From a virus, in the IMG/VR virus record IMGVR_UViG_3300015203_000004, positions 1 to 49,407 of that record: a DNA stretch of 49,407 bases; one strand, given 5' to 3'. The position numbers were made by a program, and so were the translations under genes. Shown piece after piece: positions 35,787 to 45,084 of the stretch. Under the pieces are notes generated by a model, which worked only from the letters and a program-made list of their open reading frames with translations, was not told the origin of the DNA and made no database searches. How positions within the stretch are numbered: the first letter of the stretch is position 1; every line of letters starts with the position of its first letter.

Positions 35787-35902
35787 TACACTAGGTCCAG
35801 TTCTTTCACTAGATATGCTTCACAGAGTTTCTTCATATCCTCTGAGATCCCTACCGTTGCTAAAATGGTCAGTACCATCATGAGTTTTTGTTGAGTAGTC
35901 AT
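35786..35902 (-). CDS. Small hypothetical protein (38 aa)
   Basis: ATGA coupling on both sides; MTTQQKLMMVLTILATVG. Confidence 0.3.
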   Translation of the reverse strand: MTTQQKLMMVLTILATVGISEDMKKLCEAYLVKELDLV

Positions 35903-36405
35903 CAGAACCCCATATCTGCAAGGGGATCTGCCCCCGCCGCTGTGTATGATTGTCCCGCAAGACCTGTGATGTTGTATCGCGGCCACATTTTATCTGACCC
36001 GTCCTCATTAACGGCTCCTTTGCCGTCCTTCTCCTCAGTTCGCGTGATCTTCAGTTTCTTCTTACCGAAGATAGTGGCATAGAGTTTACGCAATTCCTCT
36101 GACGTAAACTTTTGTTTGAGTTGTGAATCTGCACCAATCTTTGAGACTTCGCGGCGGAAGTCTGAGAGCCCCATACAACCTTGAACACCCTTCTTAGTGG
36201 TGAAGACATTCAGGTAATACCGTTTGCTAAAATCCTCTCCTGCGTACTCTCCCTCCTGGATCTCGAAGAAAGCCGCCATGAAGGGCACTGAATTCGTTGT
36301 CTTTCCGAGTTCGACATCAACCAGGCGTGCGACATATTCACCGTTCGGGATGGAAGACTTAAAATCAATGATTGCCTCGAGGTCATAGGTTTGTTCTTCA
36401 CTCAT
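35902..36405 (-). CDS. DUF669 / gp2.5-like ssDNA-binding protein
   Basis: IPNGEYVARLVDVELGKT...FFEIQEGEYAGEDF pattern, C-terminal tail ending ..DPLADMGF. Confidence 0.6.
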   Translation of the reverse strand: MSEEQTYDLEAIIDFKSSIPNGEYVARLVDVELGKTTNSVPFMAAFFEIQEGEYAGEDFSKRYYLNVFTTKKGVQGCMGLSDFRREVSKIGADSQLKQKFTSEELRKLYATIFGKKKLKITRTEEKDGKGAVNEDGSDKMWPRYNITGLAGQSYTAAGADPLADMGF

Positions 36406-36406
36406 A

Positions 36407-36724
36407 TTAGACTTCTTTCTTCAGAAAATCGTGGATAACGTCAAAGGCCGCGTAGGTAACTTGGTTGTTATGTGCAGTCTTAATCACTTCTAGAGCTACC
36501 TGCACCCTAATGGGCATAACTTCTACGAAGTTAGTACAATCATGCTCATATTCATCAAACATGTATTTGTATTCATCCTCAATCGGTTCATGTATACAGG
36601 GATTACAGCAGTTCGAGCAACAATCAAACTCTGCGTGATCGCAGTGGTTCGTTACGGTGTCCTGAGCATCGAAGTTGCAAACGAACTCTTTCCAACTCCG
36701 CTCGGGCTGTAAATTGTTAACCAT
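36407..36724 (-). CDS. Cys/His-rich small protein
   Basis: HCDHAEFDCCSNCCNPCIHE; start set at ATG 36724 (GGAAAGG RBS). Confidence 0.4.
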   Translation of the reverse strand: MVNNLQPERSWKEFVCNFDAQDTVTNHCDHAEFDCCSNCCNPCIHEPIEDEYKYMFDEYEHDCTNFVEVMPIRVQVALEVIKTAHNNQVTYAAFDVIHDFLKKEV

Positions 36725-37404
36725 GTCGGTACCTTTCCTAGATGTTCGCAAAGCATGGGATAGGTTGGGTTTGCTAGTTGCTTTTTGATAGACGGTACCT
36801 TACTTAGGGGTACCTGAAACTTCGCCATATATTCTTCTGTTGCCTGCAGTTGAAGCAGTCTCGTACCCGCTTTTAACACTACTTCTTGCTTATCATTCAA
36901 AATATCTCTGTCAAGAATAGCGAGGCGGAAAACATCAGAACTGCTACCAATAAGGCTCCCCAGTAACTCAGCATTGAGATCAGGAGCACGCTTACGAGTA
37001 GGAGGAACAGTAGTTTCATCCACCCGTTCAGCTTCATGACAAGTAACAATAATCTTGGCTCCTTCTCCGCCTCTGCATAGGTTCTTGAGTTGCCGTATAA
37101 GCATTGCAGTAGGTGCTGTGTAGAGCCCGAATCCTGCTTTATCCTTAAAGTATTTTTCACGTTTCTCCCATAAGGTAGCTGTTGGATCTGTACCGAGGTT
37201 AATATCAGCACGGATCGTTACTGCAAGCATGTTAAGCGTATCAACGATCACAGTATCCTTCGGCGTAACTTTGCTTACAATACTAGTTACATGCTTGTCA
37301 AAGTCTTCGTAACGAGTAACGGGTATTCGGACAAAGTCCTTATGTCCGAGGACATCTGCTATAGAATCTGTTCCGTTACCGTCGCAGCCATAGTAGTAGA
37401 TCAT
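36652..37404 (-). CDS. AAA_24/Sak4-like RecA-fold protein with degenerate N-terminal P-loop
   Basis: MIYYYGCDGNGTDS in place of GxxGxGKT, VIVDTLN (Walker B-like), IIVTCHE; neighbour of the DUF669 SSB. Confidence 0.45.
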   Translation of the reverse strand: MIYYYGCDGNGTDSIADVLGHKDFVRIPVTRYEDFDKHVTSIVSKVTPKDTVIVDTLNMLAVTIRADINLGTDPTATLWEKREKYFKDKAGFGLYTAPTAMLIRQLKNLCRGGEGAKIIVTCHEAERVDETTVPPTRKRAPDLNAELLGSLIGSSSDVFRLAILDRDILNDKQEVVLKAGTRLLQLQATEEYMAKFQVPLSKVPSIKKQLANPTYPMLCEHLGKVPTWLTIYSPSGVGKSSFATSMLRTP

Positions 37405-38213
37405 TTTAATCCTTCAGGAATTTCGATAGGTTCTCGCTTCCGTGAGATCCCATATAGTAATGAGTCATTGAGTGTTCCGTTGGTGAGTTCAGCTTTGCAA
37501 ATCTCCTTCACCGAGCATCGAGTACAGTCGTCATATCCTCCGCCTTTCTGAGGACTCCTGGTGTAGCGACCGTTCTTTTTCGTATAGATCAAATTCTCTA
37601 GTTCCCAAGTCACCTCCTGTACTAGCGTCATAACTTCGTGTAAAGACATTAGTATCGGTGGAGGGGTTATGTAGCACTCCTCAGGAGTCCAGCAGTTCCC
37701 TGCTTTATCTTTCGGGATGTTTGGAGGAGTCTTTCTTATGTAGACGTGCTCAAACCGGACTTTGCTAGTTTTGTAGTGTCGCATGACGAGAGCAATGTAC
37801 AAACGAGCTTGAAAATCAAGATCCGAATCAAGTGAAGGGAGTCTGGTAAACGTCTTCCAATCACGTATAACCAGTGTGCCATCTTCACTTCCGTATATAA
37901 GGTCACACGTCCCTCGTACATATACTCCCGGTAAGAGCTCTCCATAGATGGGTTCCTCGACCATGCGTATATCGGATGGGAACTCCCTGTGTGTAAGGTA
38001 TACACGCGCAACATCTCCCATAGGGTGGGATTCTTCTCCGAGAGTCCTTGTTTTTGCATATCCAGCCATGATTGAGTGGAAAGCGGTTCCTTCGGCCATT
38101 GCTTCATTTTCTTTTATCCCATCCAGTAGGTGCTCATACATGTACTCGTACTTTTTCTTGCATCTCATGAAGGTACTAACTGCCGACATGCTTAGAACTA
38201 GGGGTTTAACCAT
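37401..38213 (-). CDS. Cas4/RecB-like PD-(D/E)xK exonuclease with four-Cys cluster
   Basis: FMRCKKKYEY, GTCDLIYGSEDGTLVIRDWKT, QARLY, CTRCSVKEIC. Confidence 0.75.
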   Translation of the reverse strand: MVKPLVLSMSAVSTFMRCKKKYEYMYEHLLDGIKENEAMAEGTAFHSIMAGYAKTRTLGEESHPMGDVARVYLTHREFPSDIRMVEEPIYGELLPGVYVRGTCDLIYGSEDGTLVIRDWKTFTRLPSLDSDLDFQARLYIALVMRHYKTSKVRFEHVYIRKTPPNIPKDKAGNCWTPEECYITPPPILMSLHEVMTLVQEVTWELENLIYTKKNGRYTRSPQKGGGYDDCTRCSVKEICKAELTNGTLNDSLLYGISRKREPIEIPEGLK

Positions 38214-38412
38214 AATACTCGGCTAAAGCACGAATGGCCCTTGCCAGTTCTAATACTGCCTCTGTAGTTTTCCTGGCCTTATAGAAGTCGTTAACTGAGC
38301 GATCATCAGCTATAGCAGATAGTTCTCGTTCTACTCTAAGGGCTAGGTCTGCTAGACGTTGGAGAGGAATTGAGTGACTTCCTTCTGAGGGTTGCTTTGG
38401 GGGATTATCCAT
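38206..38412 (-). CDS. Hypothetical protein
   Basis: 68-aa ORF coupled to neighbours. Confidence 0.4.
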   Translation of the reverse strand: MDNPPKQPSEGSHSIPLQRLADLALRVERELSAIADDRSVNDFYKARKTTEAVLELARAIRALAEYYG

Positions 38413-40072
38413 GATGTATCTTACTCTCGATCTGTAGCGGAATGTTAAGGTTAATACCGAAATTATACTTCAAAAACTTCCTTGGGTGATCTACCATAGC
38501 TGAGGTTATCTTCGGCATCGCTTCTTCTAGTTCCTTCTCGTTCCCGAACTCGAACAAAACCGCATCGTGAACAAAACCTGTGGTGGGCATATTCAGGCGG
38601 TCTAACTCCGCCATAGCGACGTAGGTTATGTGTGCAGAGAGGTTCTGTACTTTGAAGTTCACTGCTTGCCTTAGACATTCTAGCCTCTTGTGTTTTGGTA
38701 CTAGGGAAAAGTCTCCGAAGTGGCGGATCTGGCCTGTCGGACCTTGAACTTGGCCGGTCGTCTTCAGTTCTTCCTTCGTTTCATGATAGAACTTCTTAAA
38801 CCCTGGAAAGGTATCGTGCCAGAAGCGATATATTTCCTCTGCAGTCTGCATATCCATCTTCACTCCCTGCTTGTTTGCATACTCATAGAGAGTGAAACCG
38901 TTGCCGAGGTAGAGAAGCCCAAAATTTGCAGACTTAGCTATCTGCCGTTCTAACTTAGTAACCTCTTCTTGCGGCTTACCGTAGAACATAGCTGCGACGA
39001 ATTTGTGAGCATCCCAAGACGGATCCCCCTGATACGACTCACAGATGACTCTTTCCTGAGCGAACCAGGCGGCTATACGGAACTCAATAGCGCTGTAATC
39101 ACACTCTACGAACAGTCTCCCTGGAGGGGCTCCAAAGAAGTCTTTGTAGGCTCTCGGTAGGTTCTGGACGTTTAGGTTTCGCGCGGATGATCTTCCGGTG
39201 AGGGTCCTAACAAGTCCGTAATCAGGGTGGACTCTTCCGCCTCCAGCAATAACTTTTTCATAGGGCTCCACATAGGTAGAGAGGGTCTTGACTGCTCCTC
39301 GATATTCCAAGAGGGTGCGGCAGAACTCAGAATCCAGGGATTGGAGGGTTTCCACTGAGGTCGAGGGTTTCCCAGTCTCAGTGAGAGGTAGTCTAGCTCC
39401 TCCTCTGAGGAGGAACTCTCCGACTTGCTTGGAGGAGTTGGGATTGAACTTAGTTCCTGCAACCCGTGATATCTGTTCGAGAGTGCTCTCTCTAATGGAC
39501 TCGGCGTTGATTCGTTCCCTTTCGACTGCTGCTGCATTGATATAAATTCCTCGAGAAGTTTGCGCATCGAGGGCTCTTCTAGCGGGAGTGATGATATGCG
39601 TAACCGCATCCATTCGCGGTCCAAGGCGTTGGCATAGTACCTCATAAAGTTGGAGAGTGTATCGAGCATCCCTAGCCGCATATCGAGCAGCTTCCTCTGA
39701 ATTCGGATCGAAAGTTTTCCAGTCACCGTGTTTCCATCCTTTCACGCCTAGATACTTCACCGCACAGGATTCTAGACCTAGTGCTTGTGTCTCGTCATCC
39801 ATGTATGCCATGACCATGCCGTCTACGCTCATTGGCATGTCTATGCCCCAACTCTTCATTACAGGCTCATCGAACGCCCATCCGTTCCAGGTGACGAGGG
39901 TTGCTCCCGACTTCGATAGTTTGCAAACCAAGTCTCGTATTGCATCCTCTCCTCGTGCGACGAAAACGGAATCCGTTGAAGCCGCACTAACCATTGTTGG
40001 GTAGTCAACAATTTCCCCGTTGATGGCTGTCTCAATATCCCATGCCCATGCATTAGCTTTTGGTAGTTCCAT
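38405..40072 (-). CDS. Family A DNA polymerase with 3'-5' exonuclease domain
   Basis: WAWDIET, NGWAFDEPV, YAARDARY (Exo I-III); DYSAIEFRIAAW, RQIAKSANFGLLYLG, FVHDAVLFE (motifs A, B, C). Confidence 0.9.
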   Translation of the reverse strand: MELPKANAWAWDIETAINGEIVDYPTMVSAASTDSVFVARGEDAIRDLVCKLSKSGATLVTWNGWAFDEPVMKSWGIDMPMSVDGMVMAYMDDETQALGLESCAVKYLGVKGWKHGDWKTFDPNSEEAARYAARDARYTLQLYEVLCQRLGPRMDAVTHIITPARRALDAQTSRGIYINAAAVERERINAESIRESTLEQISRVAGTKFNPNSSKQVGEFLLRGGARLPLTETGKPSTSVETLQSLDSEFCRTLLEYRGAVKTLSTYVEPYEKVIAGGGRVHPDYGLVRTLTGRSSARNLNVQNLPRAYKDFFGAPPGRLFVECDYSAIEFRIAAWFAQERVICESYQGDPSWDAHKFVAAMFYGKPQEEVTKLERQIAKSANFGLLYLGNGFTLYEYANKQGVKMDMQTAEEIYRFWHDTFPGFKKFYHETKEELKTTGQVQGPTGQIRHFGDFSLVPKHKRLECLRQAVNFKVQNLSAHITYVAMAELDRLNMPTTGFVHDAVLFEFGNEKELEEAMPKITSAMVDHPRKFLKYNFGINLNIPLQIESKIHHG

Positions 40073-40418
40073 AGGGGTGCCCCCATACCACGTTTTGGAT
40101 TCGGTGTTTCTTAATAGTTATTCGACAGAGAGCGCAAGGCTCATGCGTGGAGTAGAGTACTAAGAAGTCGCTAAGTACTTTGAGTTGATGAAGAGCATTG
40201 ACTTCCGCATGCAGGACACGCATACAATGGTTGTCAATGAGGTTACAACCTACGTCAACGCAATGAGGCTCCCCCGGAGGGGCACCATTATACCCCGTAG
40301 TTACAACCTTATTCTTATAGGTAATGACGCATCCTACACTAAGTCTGGGACAGGTAGAACGCCTCGATACTGCGGTTGCTATCCCCAAAAAGTAAGAGTC
40401 CCAATCCGGTCTAGACAC
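40053..40418 (-). CDS. dCMP deaminase
   Basis: HAEVNAL and PCALC zinc motifs. Confidence 0.8.
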   Translation of the reverse strand: MSRPDWDSYFLGIATAVSRRSTCPRLSVGCVITYKNKVVTTGYNGAPPGEPHCVDVGCNLIDNHCMRVLHAEVNALHQLKVLSDFLVLYSTHEPCALCRITIKKHRIQNVVWGHPYGTTKS

Positions 40419-40659
40419 TTAATCTCCTTATTATTTCCTGCCGAATATACCATTCCGCTTTGTAAAGGTCTTCAAGACTCTTACCTTTCTCGTCACATCT
40501 CCAAATATATTTGAGCACGTTACCGAGATTGAAGTTAAACCATTGAGCTACGTCGATACACTCAATCCCCGGCACCTTCTGATAATGCTGGGGGTGATCC
40601 ACTGAGTCCGAAGGCTGTGAGGGAGTGTTTAAAGGCACCATTTGTCTCCTCTCGGACAC
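40411..40659 (-). CDS. DUF3310-like protein
   Basis: HPQHYQ..IECIDV..FNLGNVLKYIWRCDEKG..EDLYKAEWYI. Confidence 0.55.
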   Translation of the reverse strand: MSERRQMVPLNTPSQPSDSVDHPQHYQKVPGIECIDVAQWFNFNLGNVLKYIWRCDEKGKSLEDLYKAEWYIRQEIIRRLSV

Positions 40660-41218
40660 TCAGGAGCATAGCCTGAGCGATTTCTCTGATCTCTAACTGG
40701 GCGTGTTCCGAGTTTCGAAGTTTCTGAAAGTGAACGAAGGCTCTGAAGTTGCAACTAAAGTCCAAGTTAACTTGGATAGCATAGGGGAGGAAGTAACGAG
40801 CGGACTCCTTAGCTCTCTTTCTTGTTACCCCCCACTCTTCTAACCTAGCCAATTCTGCGTGGTATTCTCGACACAAATTTTTGCACGTACCTCCTAAATA
40901 ATCATAGTCAATGTCAGGCCAATCTACTGGGACGTAATACTTATCGTCTGTGAATTCTCGATATCTTGCGGATTCACCGTTGACTGAGAAGTGTCGATGT
41001 TTGATGATGTGGATATGAGTAGCAGTATCGACAGTAGCAGAAAAGTGCAACAGACTACGTTCGAAAGGAGTTCCATGCTCATTTTCCGCGAGCATCTTGA
41101 GTAACGCGGGGATTCTCTCTCTCTTGGCTTCAGTCTGCCCCCCAGTTGATGTCCAGGCTGCCTGAGCATGAGTTAGGTCCCCCCCATAAAAACCTTGTAA
41201 TGAAACCTTGTTCTTCAT
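40562..41218 (-). CDS. thyX: Flavin-dependent thymidylate synthase
   Basis: IIKHRHFSVNGESARY = ThyX RHRxxSxxxxSxR signature. Confidence 0.85.
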   Translation of the reverse strand: MKNKVSLQGFYGGDLTHAQAAWTSTGGQTEAKRERIPALLKMLAENEHGTPFERSLLHFSATVDTATHIHIIKHRHFSVNGESARYREFTDDKYYVPVDWPDIDYDYLGGTCKNLCREYHAELARLEEWGVTRKRAKESARYFLPYAIQVNLDFSCNFRAFVHFQKLRNSEHAQLEIREIAQAMLLSVREETNGAFKHSLTAFGLSGSPPALSEGAGD

Positions 41219-41385
41219 CCTTTTCCTCCGATATGTAGCTTCCCGGGAAAATAATTCCAGGGTTTTAATCCATTCTTCATTACAATCTGTTCTAATTTTT
41301 TCTCGAGTTCCGCGATCTTTATTTCCATTTCCTTGATCTTACTTACAATATCTTCTTCCATACTTCCTCCGATGTCATTCATCAT
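41215..41385 (-). CDS. Small coiled-coil protein (56 aa, below ORF-track cutoff)
   Basis: Hand translation MMNDIGGSMEEDIVSKIKEMEIKIAELEKKLEQIV...; TGA overlaps thyX ATG; internal ATG 41361 has a GGAGGAAGT RBS. Confidence 0.4.
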   Translation of the reverse strand: MMNDIGGSMEEDIVSKIKEMEIKIAELEKKLEQIVMKNGLKPWNYFPGKLHIGGKG

Positions 41386-41409
41386 AAGGATACTTTGTTA
41401 TTTACCCTT

Positions 41410-41613
41410 TTAATCCCTCTGTCTGAACAACTCATAACCTATTTTATAGGTCCAAGTAGCTCTTTTATACCGGGCTGCTAAACTTGTATCATAGTGCTCA
41501 AACTCGTCTGCCTCCATTGCCCCTAGTAAAAATGTAATAATCCCGAGTAGCGTTGCTATCATTACTAATACTAGTACTAGGGCTAACATAACCTGTCCGA
41601 TGTCATTCATCAT
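41410..41613 (-). CDS. Small membrane protein
   Basis: MMNDIGQVMLALVLVLVMIATLLGIITFLLGA; AAGAGGA RBS before ATGATG. Confidence 0.45.
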   Translation of the reverse strand: MMNDIGQVMLALVLVLVMIATLLGIITFLLGAMEADEFEHYDTSLAARYKRATWTYKIGYELFRQRD

Positions 41614-41839
41614 AGTCCTCTTCACATAGCTCTCTGCCCGGACCTCTTGAGCTAGTAGCCCCTGGCTTCAACGGGCTGATGTTCGTTACTAGAACAGTAC
41701 CTGAATTTGGTGGCACATACTGCCCACAGTCGCAATTCTTGCAGTTCGTTAGTCCGACAGTTCTCCTAAAAAAGTGAGTTTCTCTAGTATGGCCGCAACC
41801 ACATCTTATATGTGTTATTTTTACTTTAGTGCCCAGCAT
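41603..41839 (-). CDS. Small zinc-ribbon-like protein
   Basis: CGCGH...CKNCDCG. Confidence 0.4.
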   Translation of the reverse strand: MLGTKVKITHIRCGCGHTRETHFFRRTVGLTNCKNCDCGQYVPPNSGTVLVTNISPLKPGATSSRGPGRELCEEDYDE

Positions 41840-41841
41840 GA

Positions 41842-42066
41842 TTATTTCCCTTCACTAAATAAGTCTCTCCACCTACGATGGAACCTAGCCTTTTCTTCCT
41901 CCGTCATAACGTATGACCCCTTGTCATCGTCCTCTATACTTTCCTCTAGTTCTTTCTTTCTCCTTTCCTCTCTTCGCATTTTATCGTAAAGCTTTATCTT
42001 CTCCGCGTTCCTCTGATAATAAACAGCATGGTAATTTCCTCTACTCTTCTTCTCAGAAGTCTTCAT
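41842..42066 (-). CDS. Hypothetical charged protein
   Basis: 74-aa K/E/R-rich ORF. Confidence 0.4.
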   Translation of the reverse strand: MKTSEKKSRGNYHAVYYQRNAEKIKLYDKMRREERRKKELEESIEDDDKGSYVMTEEEKARFHRRWRDLFSEGK

Positions 42067-43018
42067 CGAATCGTACCTCTCCCGTAACTCCTATACTGTA
42101 TGATGACACTTTTCGTTCAAAGAAGTTAGTCAACTCCTGGACATCCTGCAATAACATGAAGTCGAGGGGGTTTCGTACTCCATAGGTGGGAGCATAACCC
42201 ATCTGCTCTAATCTCTGATCTGCCACATACAGTAAGTATTGATGTATGTTCTCTACTGAGAGACCGGATACTCCGCCGCTCAGTAAATCTTCAGCGAAAG
42301 CTTTCTCGACATCGACAGCATCACTAATCATTGATCTTACCTTCTCCTCTAACTCCTTCGTGAAAAGTTGCGGGCTTTCGTCTCTAATGACATTGACGAC
42401 TTCAAATGCAAACCGCATATGAGAGCTTTCATCTCTAAATACCCAGCTTGTGCCGGAGGCGAGGCCGTTGCAGAGTCCGCGCGAACGAAGGAAGTAGACA
42501 TATGCAAATGCCCCAAAGAAGAAGAGTCCCTCGACTGCGGCAGCGAAGGTGATTAGGTTCATAAGGAAGTCTTCAGACTCCATCCATTTGTAGCAGAATT
42601 CAGCCTTGGCTTTTATGGAAGGTATGTTCTCAACAGCCGCAAACGCTGCTTCTCTCTCTTCATAATCGGAGATGTATGTATCCAGGAGAGTTAGATAAAA
42701 CTCAATGTGTTGTGCCTCCTCAAAGAGTTGCCTGGAAAGGTACATCCGCGCTTCGGGGGAGTTGATGTGCTTATAGAGATTTAGCACGAGGTTGTTGGCG
42801 ACAATGGTATCGCCGGTTGCGAAGAATGCGACAAGTCGGCTAATCATGTGCTTCTCGCTATTACTGACACGAGTGTTCAAGTCAGTAATGTCTTCGGAGA
42901 AGTCGACTTCCTCTACTGTCCAAGTATTTGCGATTGCTTCCTTGTACATCTCAAAGAATTGAGGATACTGCATTGGCCTCAATGATAGTGAATAACCTGG
43001 ATCTAGAATTGATGACAT
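42053..43018 (-). CDS. nrdB: Ribonucleotide reductase class I beta (R2) subunit
   Basis: FFATGD, EEAQHIEFY, AAVEGLFFFGAFA, FRDESSHMRF di-iron ligand motifs. Confidence 0.85.
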   Translation of the reverse strand: MSSILDPGYSLSLRPMQYPQFFEMYKEAIANTWTVEEVDFSEDITDLNTRVSNSEKHMISRLVAFFATGDTIVANNLVLNLYKHINSPEARMYLSRQLFEEAQHIEFYLTLLDTYISDYEEREAAFAAVENIPSIKAKAEFCYKWMESEDFLMNLITFAAAVEGLFFFGAFAYVYFLRSRGLCNGLASGTSWVFRDESSHMRFAFEVVNVIRDESPQLFTKELEEKVRSMISDAVDVEKAFAEDLLSGGVSGLSVENIHQYLLYVADQRLEQMGYAPTYGVRNPLDFMLLQDVQELTNFFERKVSSYSIGVTGEVRFDEDF

Positions 43019-43467
43019 TAGGACTCCCAGAACTCAAATGCTACTGCTTCTGATTCACCTTGTTGTGTGTTGCGAAGATCCGCGATGATTGTCTTCTTAA
43101 AAGTGGGTACGTTCTTTAGATCTTGTATGGAGTATGTCGGATACACCGAACAGGGGGACCCTAGAGCTTCGTGAAGTTGGAGAGTTTGTCCTCTATATTT
43201 CTTGATTCCTGACTTCTTAGTAAGTCCTTTGAGAGCCTCATTACCCATAGCAATGATGATTGAAGGAGTATATGAGGCCCCAGGGTAACAGTCCCATAGG
43301 GTATAGGAGCACTCCTCTGGGGCTATTCCTGCGTCACTAAGAAGAGATTTAAGCAGAACTCCATCTTTGCCTGATAGGAGCTTTTCCTCAATGAGGTCCC
43401 CCATCCCGGGTTGGGATAGAACTATCAAGATCGGTCCATTAATGATGGGCGACAGACAATTACTCAT
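43018..43467 (-). CDS. Uracil-DNA glycosylase superfamily-like protein
   Basis: LIVLSQPGMGDLIEEKLLSGKDGVLLKSLL resembles the family 4/5 GExPG..ED...G.PF.G..G.LL motif; Fe-S cysteines absent. Confidence 0.4.
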   Translation of the reverse strand: MSNCLSPIINGPILIVLSQPGMGDLIEEKLLSGKDGVLLKSLLSDAGIAPEECSYTLWDCYPGASYTPSIIIAMGNEALKGLTKKSGIKKYRGQTLQLHEALGSPCSVYPTYSIQDLKNVPTFKKTIIADLRNTQQGESEAVAFEFWES

Positions 43468-44864
43468 AAAACTCCTTTTTCCGGCCTAACGTCATCGAAT
43501 GCTATTTCGTGAATGGTTGATGTTGTTACTGCTGTTTGTACGTTCTGTTTCTGCTCTAAGACAGACCCCACGTATGAATCAATGCTTCTTTTAACCCGGT
43601 AGTAACTAACACACTTTCCACGCCCTGGAGCGTAGATTCGATCCCTTGCTTGTTCTTCAATGTCATAACTAAAGCTCTGAGAAATGAAGAATACGTGTAG
43701 GGCACTGGCAAGCGAAATCCCGATACCTCCGGCTTGCGTTTGGCTAATGAATACGCTTGCCTCGTTATTGCCATTGAAACTATTGATTGCAGCTTCACGG
43801 GATGAGCCTGAGACGTCCCCTGCAATTTTAAATACTTTGTCACGTCCGAATTGTCGAATGCATCGTTCATAGAGTTCCGTTCCTTCTGCTGTGAATTTGT
43901 GAAAGACTACTACTTTCTCGCCTGACTCGATGATCTCTTCTAGATCGTTCATGACGAGATCGGTCTTAGCTGAATGGACCTGGTGCTGATTCCCCTCTTC
44001 GTCCACGATGAACCCGGAGGTTAGTTGCTGGAGTCTAGTCATGCGCTTCAGGGTATGAGTGACGTCTATAGTCTCTTGTTTCTCTAAGGCATTCTCGACC
44101 ACCCACTGCTTTACTAGTTCTTGATAGAGTTTCTGAGCCTTTGGGGGAAGGGTAACGTCACGGACCACAGTTTGCCATTGATCCGGGCCAAAGACGTCGG
44201 CACGATTGACAATGGAACTACAGGCTTCGACCTTGTCGCGGAGTTCTTCGGCATGCATGACTCCTAAAATCTTAGAGGGAAACATCGAGTCCCGAATGAG
44301 GTAACGGCTAGCAAACTTGGAGAAGGACTTGCCCCATAGTTCCTTGTCTATAGCTACGAACTGCCCCCACAGATTGCCGATGTTGTTCGGGGTGGGTGTG
44401 CCGGTTAGGAGCCTTACGTACTTGGCCTGCCAAGCTATCTTCCGCATGGCCTTCCCGCGCGCTGTAGATACACCTCGAAATCTATGGGACTCATCTCCGA
44501 CATAGACTAAGGGACGCCACCTCAAAAGTGATTCCTCTAATGCTTTTAGCTTGTCATCATTCAAAACGATCACGCGGCACGTTTCTAATTTGAGCAAAGC
44601 TGCTACTTTTGTCGCAGTCATCCCATATCCTGCTATTGCCTCTACTCCGGCTTTTGAAAGCATGTCTACCCATTGAGGACAGACGACCAGAGGGGCGGTG
44701 ATGAGAACCTTAGCCCCAGAATGCGTTTTAAGGCACTTTAGAAGCCATTCTATGGCCGCCCGACTCTTCCCCAGTCTTGGGCTCCACAAAAGCATCAGCT
44801 TGTCTCTATGGTCGTTTAAACGCTCTTTAGCTTGGTGAGGCCACAGTTGAGGTAAGGGACTCAT
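43464..44864 (-). CDS. SNF2-family helicase
   Basis: LWPHQ, SPRLGKS, GDESH, LLTGTPTPNN, SQTQAGGIGISL, ARDRIYAPG. Confidence 0.85.
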   Translation of the reverse strand: MSPLPQLWPHQAKERLNDHRDKLMLLWSPRLGKSRAAIEWLLKCLKTHSGAKVLITAPLVVCPQWVDMLSKAGVEAIAGYGMTATKVAALLKLETCRVIVLNDDKLKALEESLLRWRPLVYVGDESHRFRGVSTARGKAMRKIAWQAKYVRLLTGTPTPNNIGNLWGQFVAIDKELWGKSFSKFASRYLIRDSMFPSKILGVMHAEELRDKVEACSSIVNRADVFGPDQWQTVVRDVTLPPKAQKLYQELVKQWVVENALEKQETIDVTHTLKRMTRLQQLTSGFIVDEEGNQHQVHSAKTDLVMNDLEEIIESGEKVVVFHKFTAEGTELYERCIRQFGRDKVFKIAGDVSGSSREAAINSFNGNNEASVFISQTQAGGIGISLASALHVFFISQSFSYDIEEQARDRIYAPGRGKCVSYYRVKRSIDSYVGSVLEQKQNVQTAVTTSTIHEIAFDDVRPEKGVL

Positions 44865-45064
44865 ATCCAGTCCTCCCGGTATCGCTCAATGCACTTGCAT
44901 AGCTCCCTCATGGCGTCGTTCTGCATAGTAACGTACTCGTCTTCGATCCAAAGGATATCTCTTATACGATTTACCGCGCCGCTTAGGTCTATTTTTAGCC
45001 TGGTGTATTTGGGTCTAAGGTACTCAACTTGTTGCTCTCTTGTCATCCCACGGTATGTCTTCAT
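44861..45064 (-). CDS. Hypothetical protein
   Basis: 67-aa ORF, ATGA coupled. Confidence 0.4.
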   Translation of the reverse strand: MKTYRGMTREQQVEYLRPKYTRLKIDLSGAVNRIRDILWIEDEYVTMQNDAMRELCKCIERYREDWI

Positions 45065-45084
45065 TTCTAATTCCTTTTACGAGT

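Noticed and set aside
41953-44125. CTAGTTCTT / AAGAACTAG motif copies inside coding regions (e.g. 3069, 12116, 30937, 38525, 41953, 44114, 45206, 47403)
   Set aside because: In coding sequence the motif is explained by Glu-Leu-Asp/Glu (GAA CTA GAx) or similar codons. Only the intergenic or promoter-associated copies were counted as regulatory.
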